NCBI RefSeq assembly: GCF_004010195.1
Contig: NC_057718.1
Location: 66,030,770 to 66,094,769, forward strand
DNA length: 64,000 nucleotides
Direction of reading: 5' to 3'
Source: Chiloscyllium plagiosum
Lineage: Eukaryota
Shown here: in pieces, positions 1 to 11,181 of the stretch
Layout of the letters: each line of letters starts with the position of its first letter
Numbering within the stretch: the first letter of the stretch is position 1
The notes under the pieces: generated by a model
The model's input: the letters and a program-made list of their open reading frames with translations, nothing else
What the model was told of the DNA's origin: nothing
The model's database searches: none
Program-made: the position numbers and the translations under genes

Positions 1-69
1 CCCTATGTTATAACTGAATGCATATCTTGTTCCTAAAATCCTTTGAACAATTACATTTCAATTGCAGTA

Positions 70-960
70 TCATAGAGTCAATATGGCACAAAATGAGGCC
101 AATGACCATTGAGTCTATGCCTGGTTTGTCGGGTAATCCACATAGTTTCCTTCCTGCATTTCATCCACAGTCCTATAAACTTATTTCTCTCTAGTTCACT
201 TCCAGTTTCCTTTTGAAATCATTCACTGGTTCCTCTTCAACAGCAATTTGCAGATCATTACCACTTCCTGGGTTTAAAAAGATATCATCCTTACAACTGC
301 TCATAATGTTTTGTCCAAAGCCTTAATATAGTGTCCCTTAGTCCTTATGCCATTAGTGAATGGGAATTGATTTTGTCTACTTTACGTAAGCCTATAATAA
401 ATTTGCAAACTCCTATCAATACTGCCCTCAATTTCCTTTGATCCAAGGAGAACTGCTTCACTTTATCATTACTGTTGTTAGGCCTGGAACCACCCTGATA
501 AATTTTCTCTGCACACTGTCAAGGACTCTTTATTCATCTTTATGTGGGGTCACCAGAACTAGATACAGTACTCTTATTGGAGAATGTTTAGCATAGCTTC
601 CTGTCTTTTGCATTCAATACCCACATTTCAGATGCCCACGATCCCACAAGTTATGCTAACTCATCATTCGCTTTGTCCTGTCACCTTCAAAGATTTATGC
701 TTATCAACATCCATATTCCTTTGTCACTCTTTACAATTATGGTATTTAGTTAATATTACAGTTCTATTAATTCTTCCAAAATTTCTCTATTAAATTCCAT
801 TTGCCCTTGTGTGCCTGTTCTGGAAACCCATCTGTATTCCGTTGTAGTTGTATAGTTATATATATGAACAACATTGTACGGTGTCTTTCAGTCTGAAAAA
901 TCTGCCTTTTACCATGGCTGCTTTTCTGTCCTTCTACCTTGCCCAAGTTGACGCTTGCTG
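70..960 (-). mobile_element. Old CR1-like LINE 3' fragment
   Basis: Reverse complement resembles the CR1 ORF2 end and tail seen in younger copies (e.g. caccagaactagatacagtactc = EYCIxFW motif); heavily decayed. Confidence 0.65.
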
Positions 961-1029
961 TCCCCTTCTATGAGCTGTGTTGTTGACTAGTCCTTTTTGT
1001 AGTAAATAGAAATATGCTGATGAAAAGAT

Positions 1030-2560
1030 TTAATTTCAGTGCTTTGTTCCTGACTTACAAAGTACAATAAGTGGAAAAGTATAATATTTTGAACAAGAGG
1101 CATTGGAGCCAAGTGCTTGTTTGTTGTGTTTCCCATCAACTACGTGCCATGGGTTTTTCTGAGTATCATTTTTGGTAACCTCATTTCTCAGTACATCATG
1201 ATTTTCAGGGATGTTTTGCTGGCTATAAGCAAGAGAAGGCATATAGGGGCTATGACAATGTCTTGCACCCCTACTATGGTAGTAAACTTTAATTTGGATG
1301 CTTTGCATTTCTGCCCCTTGCAGTCCACATTCATCAGTTCTATTTTTTATAAGAATGAGTGTTGTGAGATTGGAAATTGTTTGGAAAATTGGATATTGGG
1401 TTGTTAGAAATGATACAGTTTTGATGTGTTGGTGTTAATTTTCCAAAACTTATTAGATTTGGGGAAGATTCCTTGAGGAAAAAAGTTTGCAACCAGACAA
1501 TAAACGATGTTCCACACAACTTTAAATGGGGAGGCTGCTTTGTCTGATATATGGTGAAACTACCAATTCCTGGGAGGTTATTGTTAACAGTACAAGATAA
1601 GTTTTGAATTGATTCTTCTGTATAAAGATTTTGTGCTCAGTTAGCTTGTGTTCCTGAAACGTAAAAGAATTGTGTGAGAACTTGAAATATATTTGCTACT
1701 TGCTAATTGAACAGGAACTGTCAAGAATAATAAATATAAGCAAATTTTGAGGGGTTGATATAATATCTGTATGTATTGATATGGGAGGGATAATTTTATG
1801 AAACTATTGCCATAATTCTTGTCTTCTATCGATTGTTTGAAAAGCCCATCTGGTTCACTAATCTCTATTGTAAAGGATTTCTGCCGTCCTTCTGGTTTAA
1901 CTGTGACTACAGACTTATAGCAATGTGGTTGTCTCTTAACTGCCCTCTGAGCGTTAGGGATGGGCAATAAATCCTGGCCAAACCAGTGACGCCCACATCT
2001 GTGGAGTGAAATTTAAAAACTTGCCCCCTCTCCTGAATCACTACCTTGAAGGACTTAGTGTTGGCTGCATCACATTTCATTGGTCCTTTGACCAAAGTGG
2101 TATTCAGCTTCCCAAAAGATGACTGGCACATTCCTAGGCGCACTTTTTTGGCGTGGAACTGTCAGTGGAGCAACTGTTGCACTGGACTTTGGTCGAAATC
2201 TGAGGTAAAGCCCATATATTCCCAAAAATCTTGTTATTTCCTCTTGAACTTTAGGGTCAGGAAACTCCACCATTGCTTGTATTTTTGTTGTTCTTGCCCT
2301 ATTATATGTTCTAGTCTATTTATTGTCACCTTTGCAAATTTAGTTCTGACGAGGTTTGCCTCTAAATCAACTGTTTGTAATTTCCAAACCAAAGCTTCCA
2401 GTTCTTCCAAGTAGTGCCCCAGCATCAATGTAATTCACAATTAGGAACAATGGCTACTTGGTTCATCAATCTCTGGAAAGTTGCTGGACACAATTTTTTG
2501 CCTGAATGGAATCACTTGGGATTGGAGCTGATGGTCTAGTGCAACTGAAACACATCTCTT
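1030..2560 (-). mobile_element. Degenerate Ty3/Gypsy LTR-retrotransposon pol remnant (RT end, connection, RNase H start, possible integrase zinc finger), interrupted by a SINE
   Basis: Frameshifted minus ORFs: HYLEELEALVWKLQTVDLEANLVRTKFAKVTINRLEHIIG (RT end), VEFPDPKVQEEITRFLGIYGLYLRFRPKSSATVAPLT (FLG..GYYR.F....APLT), PMKCDAANTKSFKVVIQ (PF.L.VDAS..G.GAVL.Q). Confidence 0.6.
1790..2020 (+). mobile_element. Shark tRNA-derived SINE, 3' part (LINE-derived tail gggatgggcaataaat...cccacat)
   Basis: cccatctggttcactaat...aactgccctct...agggatgggcaataaat motif recurs at 4395-4860 (+), 13525-13970 (-) and 38140-38345 (-). Confidence 0.7.
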
Positions 2561-2564
2561 TAGT

Positions 2565-4160
2565 GTCATTGAGTCACACAGTATGAAAACAGGCCCATCA
2601 GTCCAACTCGTCCATATCGACAAATTTTCCCAAACTAAACTGGATCCAGTTTATTCATATACATTTCCAAATGTCTTTTGAGTGTTAATACTGTAACTGC
2701 CGTGCCATTTTCTCTTGCCATTCATTCCATATACTCACCACCCTCTGTGGAAAAAGCTGCTGCTTTCAAATCTTTCCCCTCTTAACTTAAACTAATGCCC
2801 TTTTGTTTGAAACTCTCCTACCCAAGGGAAAATATCTTTGCCATTCATTTTATCAATGCCCCTCATGATTTTATAAACCTCCATATGATCACCCCTCAAC
2901 TTACTATGCTCCTGGAACAAACGTCCCAGCCTATCCAGTCTCTCTTTATAACTCAAACCCTCCAGTACTGGTAATAATTTTGTAAATCTTTTCTGTACCC
3001 TTTCCAATTTAATAATATTCTCCCTATTGAAGTGCAACTAGAACTGCATACACCATTCTAAAAGAAGCATCACCAATGTCGTATGCAGCTGCAACATGAT
3101 GTCCTAACTCCTATATTCTGACCAATGAAGGCAAATGCCCTCCTCACCACTCTGTCTACCTATGATGCCACATCCAAGGAACTATGTACCGAGGTCTCTC
3201 TGTTCAACAACACTTCGGTGAGGCCCTACTATTAACTGTGTAAGTCCTGTCCTGGTTTGTCTTACCAAAATATAGCACCTCATATTACCTAAGTTAACTT
3301 CCATCTCCCACTCTACAGCCCAGTAGCCTGGCTGCTCAAGATACAGTTGTGCTCTTAGATAACCACCTTCACTGTACCACCAATTTTGGTGTCATCCACA
3401 AACTTAGTAACCATGCTTCATACAGTCTCATCCAAGTTTTTTGTGTAAATGGCAAACAAAGTGGACCCAGCACCGATCCCTGCAGAGCACTTCTGGTCAC
3501 AGGTCTCAAGTCTGAAAACCAACCCTCTACCACCACCTTAAAGCTTCTACCTTGAAGCCAATTTTGTATCCAATTGGCAAGTTCACCTTGGATCCCATGT
3601 GTTCTCACCTTACTATTCAGTCTACCATACAGAATCTTGTCAAAGGTCTTTCTAACATCAGTGTAGACAATTTGTACTGCACTACCCTCTTTTATCTTAT
3701 TGGTCACATCCTCAGAAATTCAATAAAGTTTGAGAGACACAATTTCTCACACACAAAGTGGTGTTCGCTATCTCTAATCATTCCTCTCCAAATGCATGTA
3801 AAACCTGTCTCGCAGAATCCCCTCCAACAATTTACTGCCCACTGATGTCAGAATCACCAGTCTGTAGTTCCCTAAGCTTTTCTTGCAACCTTCTTTGAAT
3901 AAGGGCATAACATTAGCCAACGTCTAGTCTTCCCACACTTCACCCATAACTGTAGATGCAAATATTCCAGCTCGGCGAACAGAACCACAACAACGAGCAC
4001 CCGAGCTACAAATCTTCACCCAAACTTTGAGCAAATGTCTCTGCCAGGGTTCTGCAAGTTTGTCTCTCTCTTCCCACAATGCCCTTGGATACGCCTCTGA
4101 TCCCAGGGATTTACCTAACTTTATATTTTTTAAGACCTCTGGCACCACCTCTTCAGTAAT
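2565..4160 (-). mobile_element. CR1/HER1-like LINE, RT and 3' end, disrupted
   Basis: Minus ORFs [64 protein letters not shown]; tail at ~2565. Confidence 0.9.
3968..4030 (+). mobile_element. Short Penelope-like terminal fragment inserted in the LINE
   Basis: cccgagctacaaatcttc motif shared with 19436-19797 and 27442-27548; flanked by gcaaat(a/g)t. Confidence 0.5.
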
Positions 4161-4394
4161 AGGACTGGGTGTTAAAGGAACTTGCCGATTATATTTTTTG
4201 CAAATCTATTTCAGTAAGAAATCTGACGATGCCAACTTAATCCTTACAGTTTTCTAAGCGATGAACTGATAAGAGTGTGATTTTGTTGCTGTATTTTACA
4301 ATTCAGGACTTAGTGTCAGTAACTAAGCCTCATGATTCAACTATCAAGGAAACTCCAGCAGCTTTGACTAGATTAATTTGGCTGTTTTCCCACA

Positions 4395-4860
4395 TGGAGA
4401 AATGATGGCCTAGTAGTATTATCACTAGACTATTAATCTAGAAACTCAGCTAATGTTCATAGAATCATAAATACCTACAGTGTGGAAACAGGCCCTTCAG
4501 CCCAACAAGTCCACATTGATCCTCTAAAGAATACCCCACCCAGACCCATTTCCCCATCTCTATTACTCTCCATTTACCCATGACTAATGCACCTAACCTA
4601 CACATCCATGGACACTACGGCCAATTTAGCACGGCTAATTGATCTAACCTGCACGTCTTTGAAGAAACTGGAGCTCCCAAAGGAAACCCATGCAGACACA
4701 GGGCGAATGTGCAAATTCTACACTGACCCTGGTTTGAATCCCACTATGGCAGATGGTGAAATTTGAATTCAATATAAAAAAAATTGGAATTTAGAATCTC
4801 ATGAGCATGAAACCCTTGTGGGGGAAGTGTCTATCTGGTTCACTAATATCCTTCAGGGAG
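4395..4860 (+). mobile_element. tRNA-derived SINE interrupted by a minus-strand V-SINE
   Basis: A-box-like tggcctagtag, B-box-like ggtttgaatccc after the insertion, tctggttcactaat core. Confidence 0.65.
4458..4726 (-). mobile_element. HE1/V-SINE-like element
   Basis: acagtgtggaaacaggcccttcagcccaacaagtccac tail and gaaacccatgcagacacagggcgaatgtgcaaa V-domain, matching copies at 12800-13365 and 51399-51651. Confidence 0.8.
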
Positions 4861-4974
4861 TGCAGAAGATAAGGCTGAAGCATTTGTAGCAGCCTGTAGC
4901 CAGAAGAGCTGAACAGATGATCTATCTCTGCCTCCTTCAGTGGTTGCCAGTGTCACAGATGCCAGACGCTTTAG

Positions 4975-5095
4975 GATGAAAGATCTCCATTCGAAACATC
5001 AACTTCTCCACCTCCTGATGCTGCCTGGCTTTCTGTGTGCTTCCAACCTTCTGTTTGTCTACTTTGGATTCCAGCATCTAGTTTTTTTTTAATCT
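4975..5095 (+). mobile_element. Decayed Penelope-like 3' terminus (family A relative)
   Basis: gatgaaaga...cgaaacatc...gatgctgcctggc...ccagcatct resembles 6137-6263. Confidence 0.55.
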
Positions 5096-5644
5096 CTATG
5101 TAAGGATAGAGATAGGTAAAGTGAATAGGCAAAGATCTAGCAAATGGTGTACAATGTGGCGAAGTGTGAAATTGTCCATTTTGGCAGAAAAAATAAAACC
5201 GAAATATATTACCTAAATAGTGAGAGGATATAGAGCTCTTAGTTACAGAGAGCTCCTCTGCATAGATAGCAGAATGTTCATGTGTGGGTACAGCAAGTAA
5301 TCAGGTAGAATGTTGTTTTATTGTGAGGGGAGCTGAACGCTGAAGTAGGGATGTTACCTGGAGTACTGTGTACAGTGCTGGTCATGTGCATGTGGATGGA
5401 TATTGATGCATTGGAAAGATGTCAGCGAAGGTTTACTAGTCTAATACCTTATGAAGAAAGGCTTAGCTTGTATCTTGTATAGTTTAGAAATTCAGAGGTG
5501 ACTTAATTTGAAGCACTGTAAGATCCAGAGTAGACTTGATCAAATGCTGCTAAAAGGAGGTTTTCTCTCAAGTGAGAATCTAGAACTTGGGATCATATCT
5601 TAAAAATAAGAGTCACCCATTCAGGATAGATATGAGGAAACATA

Positions 5645-6263
5645 TCTCTGTACCCGATGTGGCCTCCTCTATATTGGGGAGACAGGCCGCCTACTTGCGG
5701 AGCGTTTCAGAGAACACCTCTGGGACACCCGGACCAACCAACCAACCCACCCTGTAGCTCAACATTTCAATTCCCCTTCCCACTCCACCAAGGATATGCA
5801 GGTCTTTGGACTCCTCCATCGTCAGACCACAGCGAAACGACGGTTGGAGGAAGAACGCCTCATCTTCCGGCTAGGAACCCTCCAACCACAAGGAATGAAC
5901 TCGGATTTCGCCAGTTTCCTCATTTCCCCTCCCCCCAGCCTGTCTCAGTCAAATCCATCAAATTCAGCACCGCCTCCCTAACCTGCAATCTTCTTCCCGA
6001 CCTCTCCGCCCCCACCCCAATCTGTCCTATCACCCTCACCTTGACCTTTTTCCACCTATCACATTTCCAACGCCCCTCCCCCAAGTCCCTCCTCCCTATC
6101 TTTTATCTTAGCCTACTGGACAAACTTTCCTCATTCCTGAAGAAGGGCTAATGCCCGAAACGTCGATTCTCCTGTTCCCTAGATGCTGCCTGACCTGCTG
6201 CGCTTCTCCAGCAACACATTTCCATCTCTGATCTCCAGCATCTGCAGACCTCATTTTCTCTTC
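5645..6263 (+). mobile_element. 5'-truncated Penelope-like retroelement (family A): GIY-YIG endonuclease C-half, 3' UTR, hammerhead-bearing terminus
   Basis: Stop-free frame 5649-5981: CTRCGLLYIGETGRLLAERFREHL...HPVAQHFNSPSH...RRLEEERLIFRLGTLQPQGMN; perfect 14-bp TSD TATGAGGAAACATA at 5631-5644 and 6264-6277. Confidence 0.92.
6132..6168 (+). ncRNA. Minimal type I hammerhead ribozyme motif (Penelope-associated)
   Basis: CTGAAGA (6137-6143), A, stem II GGGC-TAAT-GCCC, GAA, palindromic ACGT, C (predicted GUC cleavage after 6164); short imperfect stem I. Confidence 0.75.
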
Positions 6264-6855
6264 TATGAGGAAACATAAAAACAAGCAGCAAGAGCTTCTG
6301 CAGGTATAGAAAAAAGGAGAGTAGCTAATGTAACTGGGACCCTTGGAGGGTACAACTAGGGAATTGATTGTGGGGAGCAAGGAAATGGCAGACAATTTAA
6401 GCTAATATATTTCATCAGTCTTCACGATGGAGGACACTATAAGCATCTCAAAGATAATAGATAAGCAAACTGCTAATGGGAGGAAAGATCTTGTAACAGT
6501 CTCTACCAGTATTTGACAAACTAATGAGACTCGAGGCAGACAAATCACCAGGAACTGATGACCTGCAATCATGGGATTTGAAAGGAGTGATTTTAGAGAT
6601 TATGGAGGCATTGGTCAAAATATTTCAGGCCCCACTGATTGAAAAACTGCAAATAGGACGTCCATGTACACGAAAGGAGAGAAACAAAGCAGGAAACCAT
6701 TGACCAATTAGCTGAACATATGTCGTTCGGAAAACGTCCTGTGTTTTGTAGTTTCCTTTGAAAACTACAAAAACGTATAGTACTTTGTGACAGCGTCTTA
6801 TAGAATTACCATTGTTCATACATGTATGGTAAATGATTATCTCTTTGACTTACAG

Positions 6856-6973
6856 ACCTCTTGTAACTGAGACCATGAACACATCACTTTTTCAGCAGCT
6901 GGCTGAGCAATTCCAGCAGCAAAACTTCGAGCAACTTCGGCAACAGATATTGGAGCAACAGCAGACACAGCAG
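6856..6973 (+). CDS. SCAF8: SCAF8 internal coding exon (Q-rich region); first exon visible in window
   Basis: tttgacttacAG|a...cag|GTacaa; 118 nt (1+39 codons); PLVTETMNTSLFQQLAEQFQQQNFEQLRQQILEQQQTQQ resembles recalled human SHVSESVNNSIFHQIAEQLQQQNLEHLRQQLLEQQQPQK. Confidence 0.9.
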
Positions 6974-7619
6974 GTACAAGAAGAAGTATGAGTGATTACT
7001 GTGAATATAATTTAAACAAACTAAGTTCACATCCAAATCTGAGAGGAGGTATCATACTTTTAAAGTGATGTCAGTGCAACTTTTGCATCTGTTAATACGT
7101 CTTGAAGCAAGTTATATTTGTACCTTTATAGGGCCTACATTTTTTATGTTTATTTGAATCTCAATTAAAAACAAAGTATATTTATCAAAATGTGTCTTTA
7201 TAACAATGATTACACATTATAAATTTATGGCACATTGTACATTACAATCAAATCAGACACTCTGCAAATCATCATTTATGCTTTACTGTCTCTAATGTGT
7301 GAAGCATAATTATATTTCATTTGTACCGCCAGTCCAAGTATAGTCTTTGAAAGTTTTTGCCATGTGTTTCGTACTTATGGAGATTACCATTGAGGCAAAT
7401 TTCAACAATTTAACCATAGAGGTTGCAACCATTAGCATTCAATGTTAGAATTTAGCAGAATAAATGTACAGAATATGAATATATGGTATATTGGATGCCG
7501 AGAGCTCAAACACTAGAAACCCTAATGGTCGTTATAAAAAGGTGGGGGGTTTCGCTTAAAACAAAGAAAGAGCATGAAAAACACTGACACGTAAAATAAA
7601 GAAAACACTTTTTAAAAGT

Positions 7620-9330
7620 ATTTTCAGTAGCACGGAAAGAGTGTACCCCATTAGGAACCAAAGTGGAAAACTGCTTGTGGAACTAGAAGATAGACAAGGT
7701 TTTAAGTAAGTACTTTGCATCTGTATTCACTATAGAAAAGAATGAAGTAAGTGTAGAAGTCTTAATGATACTTAATTATACTTGAATAAATTACATTTGA
7801 GAGGGCTCAAATTAGTGGACTCAGAATTGGATAAATCCCTAGGGCTAGATAAGATATGTCCCAGGCTCTTGTGGGAGGCAAAGGAGAAGATGGCAGAGGC
7901 TTTGATAATTTTAATTCCTATCTGGACACAGTTGCCGAACAACTGGAGAACAGCTAGTGTGGTTGTACAATACAAGAAAAAAAGCAGGGCTGAACCAGGA
8001 ACTAATGGCTATTGAGTGATGGAGAGACTCATAGAAAAAGTTTGAGGTGCAAAATTAATCGCCACCTGGAGTGGAACGGATTAATCAAAGTTAGTAAGCG
8101 TGGCTTTGTCGGGGAGATTATGTCTGACTGGTTTGATTGACTTTTGCGGAGGTATAAGGTGAGAGTAGTGTAGTGGATGTAGTCTACATAGACTTTATAA
8201 TGTGGGGGTGGCAAAGGTCAGCAGACACATGAAAGCAGGTTATAGTCCAACCAGTTTATTTGAAATCGCAAACTTCTCACTGAAAAAGGAGCCGCGCTCC
8301 AAAAGCTTGTGATTTCACATAAACCTGTTAAATTATAACCTGGTGTCATGTGACCTCTGACTTTACATAGACTTCAATAACGTTTTTGACAGGGTCTCGC
8401 ATGGGAAACTAGGTAAGAAGATAAGGGCTCATGGGATCCGAGGCAATTTGACATACTGGATCCAAAATTTGCTGAGTAGCAGGAGATGTGTGTGATGGTC
8501 AAAGATGGTTTTTGGGACTGTTTCCAGTGGCATACTGCAGGGTACAGTGCTGGGTCACTTTCTGTTTGTAGTGTACTTGAATGACCTAGACATTAATATA
8601 GAAGATTGGATCAGTAAGTTGATCAGTAAAACTGGTGGTGTGATAAATAGCAAGGAGGGAGGACTTAAGACTACAGGATGATAAATAATGGGCTGGTCAG
8701 ATGAACAGAACAATGGTAAATTGTATTTAATCCAGAAATATAGGAGGTACTTCGGGAGGAATAATAAAACCATGGAATATATAATGAATGGTAGTGCCTT
8801 AGGACATGCAGAACCTTGAAGGCAGCAGGTCAGGTAGATCAAGTAAAACCGGCATATGGGGCACTTAGCTTTATTAGTCGACCCATTGAATAGAGCAGGA
8901 AGGTTAGATCCCTGCTGGAATACTGACTGCAGTTCTGGTCACTACAGAAGGAATGTGATTGCACTGGAGAATGTGTGAAGGAGGTGCACCAGATGCTTGA
9001 GGTTGGAAGGTTTCATCTGTGAAGAGAGACTAAGTAAGCTCGGGTTTCTAAGGGGCACAGAAAGGGGCAAAGCCTTTTCCCCTTATGACAGCAAACACTA
9101 AGCGGCAACTGTAGATGTATGGATAGGAGGCTTAGAGGGGATCTAAGGGAAATTTTTTTTCATTTAGAGGATGGAGGTTATATGGAACTCACTGCCTCAG
9201 GCATAAATCATCACCACAATTTGGGACTATTTAGATAAATACTTGGTAGTGCTACAGCATTGCAAGGTTTTGGGCCCCCAAGCTCTCTGAAAACTTTGAT
9301 TAGAGTAGTTGGTGCTTGTTGACTAGTTTA
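7620..9330 (+). mobile_element. CR1-like LINE ORF2 remnant
   Basis: DKSLGLDKICPRLLWEAKEKMAEAL ORF, VDVVYIDF, QGTVLG, LEY..QFWS motifs with many disruptions. Confidence 0.88.
8196..8363. mobile_element. Fold-back Penelope-derived mini-element (family B relative)
   Basis: Inverted arms caggttatag...tttatttgaaatc / gatttcacataaac...ttataacctg; decayed hammerhead ctgaaaa-a-ggagc-cgc-gctcc-aaa-agct; 11-bp TSD TACATAGACTT (8185-8195, 8364-8374) inside the LINE YIDF codons. Confidence 0.75.
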
Positions 9331-9701
9331 TTTGAATTCTAGTGTTAATGGTTTGTGCTTGTCATAATGTGCATTTCATGACCATCAAATTCATTGTTTT
9401 GTAGCTGACAATCTACAACTTGGGAGAAGGACTTTTTATGCATATTTGAGAATCATGGGATGAATTGCAGTCATGCATGTTTGGCTTTAATTGTTTGAAA
9501 TGCATAACACTAAGTAGTACTCATACTGATGTCATAAAGCTAGTTTCATATGTGTGCAAATTATTATGCTTGGACATTTTTGTTTTGTCCTAGCAAAGAA
9601 AATCTATACATGCTGTATTTTGATAACTAAAAGGGCTAATGGGCTTTCCAGAAAAATGCTTAGGGTTCAGATTTGAATTTATGAATTAAATTACTTTGCA
9701 G

Positions 9702-9830
9702 AATGCAACTTTGGACAATCAGGAAGTAAGTTTTGGATCTGAACAGTCAGTGACCCCTTCCCAGAGCAGCACTCATCAGCAACAAGAGCAAGAGATCAGA
9801 GTGGAGGATCCACTTGAGCAACAACAACAG
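9702..9830 (+). CDS. SCAF8: SCAF8 coding exon (linker)
   Basis: ttactttgcAG|aat...cag|GTagaa; 129 nt, phase 0-0; NATLDNQEVSFGSEQSVTPSQSSTHQQQEQEIRVEDPLEQQQQ, similar to human ATPQDSQEGTFGSEHSASPSQ...QQQ. Confidence 0.88.
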
Positions 9831-10929
9831 GTAGAAAGACAGTTTTATATAATACCATACTGAACGCATTCTAGAAATCAGCTTTGATGTGCATATTAAT
9901 GAATAAGTATTAGAACGTTTTGCTGAAATCTGAGAGAATAAAACTGTTTTTGTATTTTGTTCCATAACTAAAATTAAATCAGATCTGTCAAAGTGATTAA
10001 TCTTGGAGCGGTTGCATCATGTGTTTACGAGCTCCTCTCAAATCAAGTGTATAGGAAATATTGAATGTCATTTATCTTGACAAGGGAGAAACAAGAAGTG
10101 GAAATTAAATATAACAGCCTTATTACTCCATATATTGTTTTTAAAAATCCATATATACGAGTGAGCTCAGCATTAATTTCATCTTTGTTAAAGTTTACTT
10201 TGCAGAAGGAGGCTGTTTGAGCAGTCATCAATATCAGTCCTTAACTAAATAATCAAACTTTCCCTCCCCTTGTTCTTATTCTTCCTCTGCTTCACCTGTT
10301 TACGAGTTGTAAACCGCACCTCCCTCCACCAACCCCAAACAGAGTATGCGTAAAGAAGTTGACTTGAAGCAGGGTGTGTCACAGCCTCCTTCTGTACAAT
10401 GGTTCTGTTTGACATACCATGCCTCCAATTGCAATACCTTCCCTGGTACAATGGAAGTAAGTTCCAGGATCTCAAATAATTTGAAAATTGTTGCCTGAAT
10501 GCTTTGTGAATATATTCCCAAGTAATAAAATGTTGATATTAAGTAATATTTTTTTTTTCTACTTCTCGCCATTTTGGATGAAGGAAATGATGTAGAGAAT
10601 GGTCATGTAGATCAATAAGTATTGTATTTTGACAGTATTAGGTGGCATATTTCATTGTTTGTACTATGTGGTGTTAACTACTTGAAGCATGTGGAAACTG
10701 ATGTAGGAACCCATTCGTAATACTGCATGCCAGAAACTCCATGCACTTGGAATTAGAAAATGCAGTTGTACCTGGCATTCCCTCATTATATTTGGAGCAT
10801 TCAGTGTTAATTTCTAGAGCAGTCAGTCATCTCATTTGATCTAGAGTCATATGAACTAAATCTGGTTTATACTGTTGTCCGTTGAATTAATTGTTATTTA
10901 TGTTTTTAATGATGCCATGGGTTATTAAG

Positions 10930-11048
10930 GATATGGATATTGATGCACCTGATGGTCAGGACCTTATTGAAGAAGACATCTTTCAGCATGAAGAAAAAAA
11001 GCCTTTAGTACGTTCAAGATCTCTGACACACTCAAGATCTCGTTCAAG
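10930..11048 (+). CDS. SCAF8: SCAF8 coding exon (acidic stretch, start of RS domain)
   Basis: ttattaAG|gat...tcaag|GTgtga; 119 nt; DMDIDAPDGQDLIEEDIFQHEEKKPLVRSRSLTHSRSRS(R). Confidence 0.92.
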
Positions 11049-11181
11049 GTGTGATATTTATTTACTCTCATTTGAAGGAGTTCACTTAAAATATTAAATA
11101 AATATATTCGACATAGTTTGCACATTATAAGGAATTAAATGTAATATTTGAAAGCTTCACATTTTGTATATTTTTGATTAG

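Larger units (their letters stand above)
5100..6720 (+). mobile_element. Old CR1-like LINE fragments hosting the Penelope insertion
   Basis: KCEIVHFG-like (aagtgtgaaattgtccattttgg) and LEYCVQ (ctggagtactgtgtacag) motifs; DKSPG.D (gacaaatcaccaggaactgat) after the insertion. Confidence 0.75.

Noticed and set aside
5657..6151. 164-aa ORF
   Set aside because: Off-frame overlap of the Penelope GIY-YIG frame (5649-5981) and its C-rich UTR
1..6855. Upstream SCAF8 exons (CID; KLMDRFDF exon)
   Set aside because: Not found by eye; they probably lie before the window start
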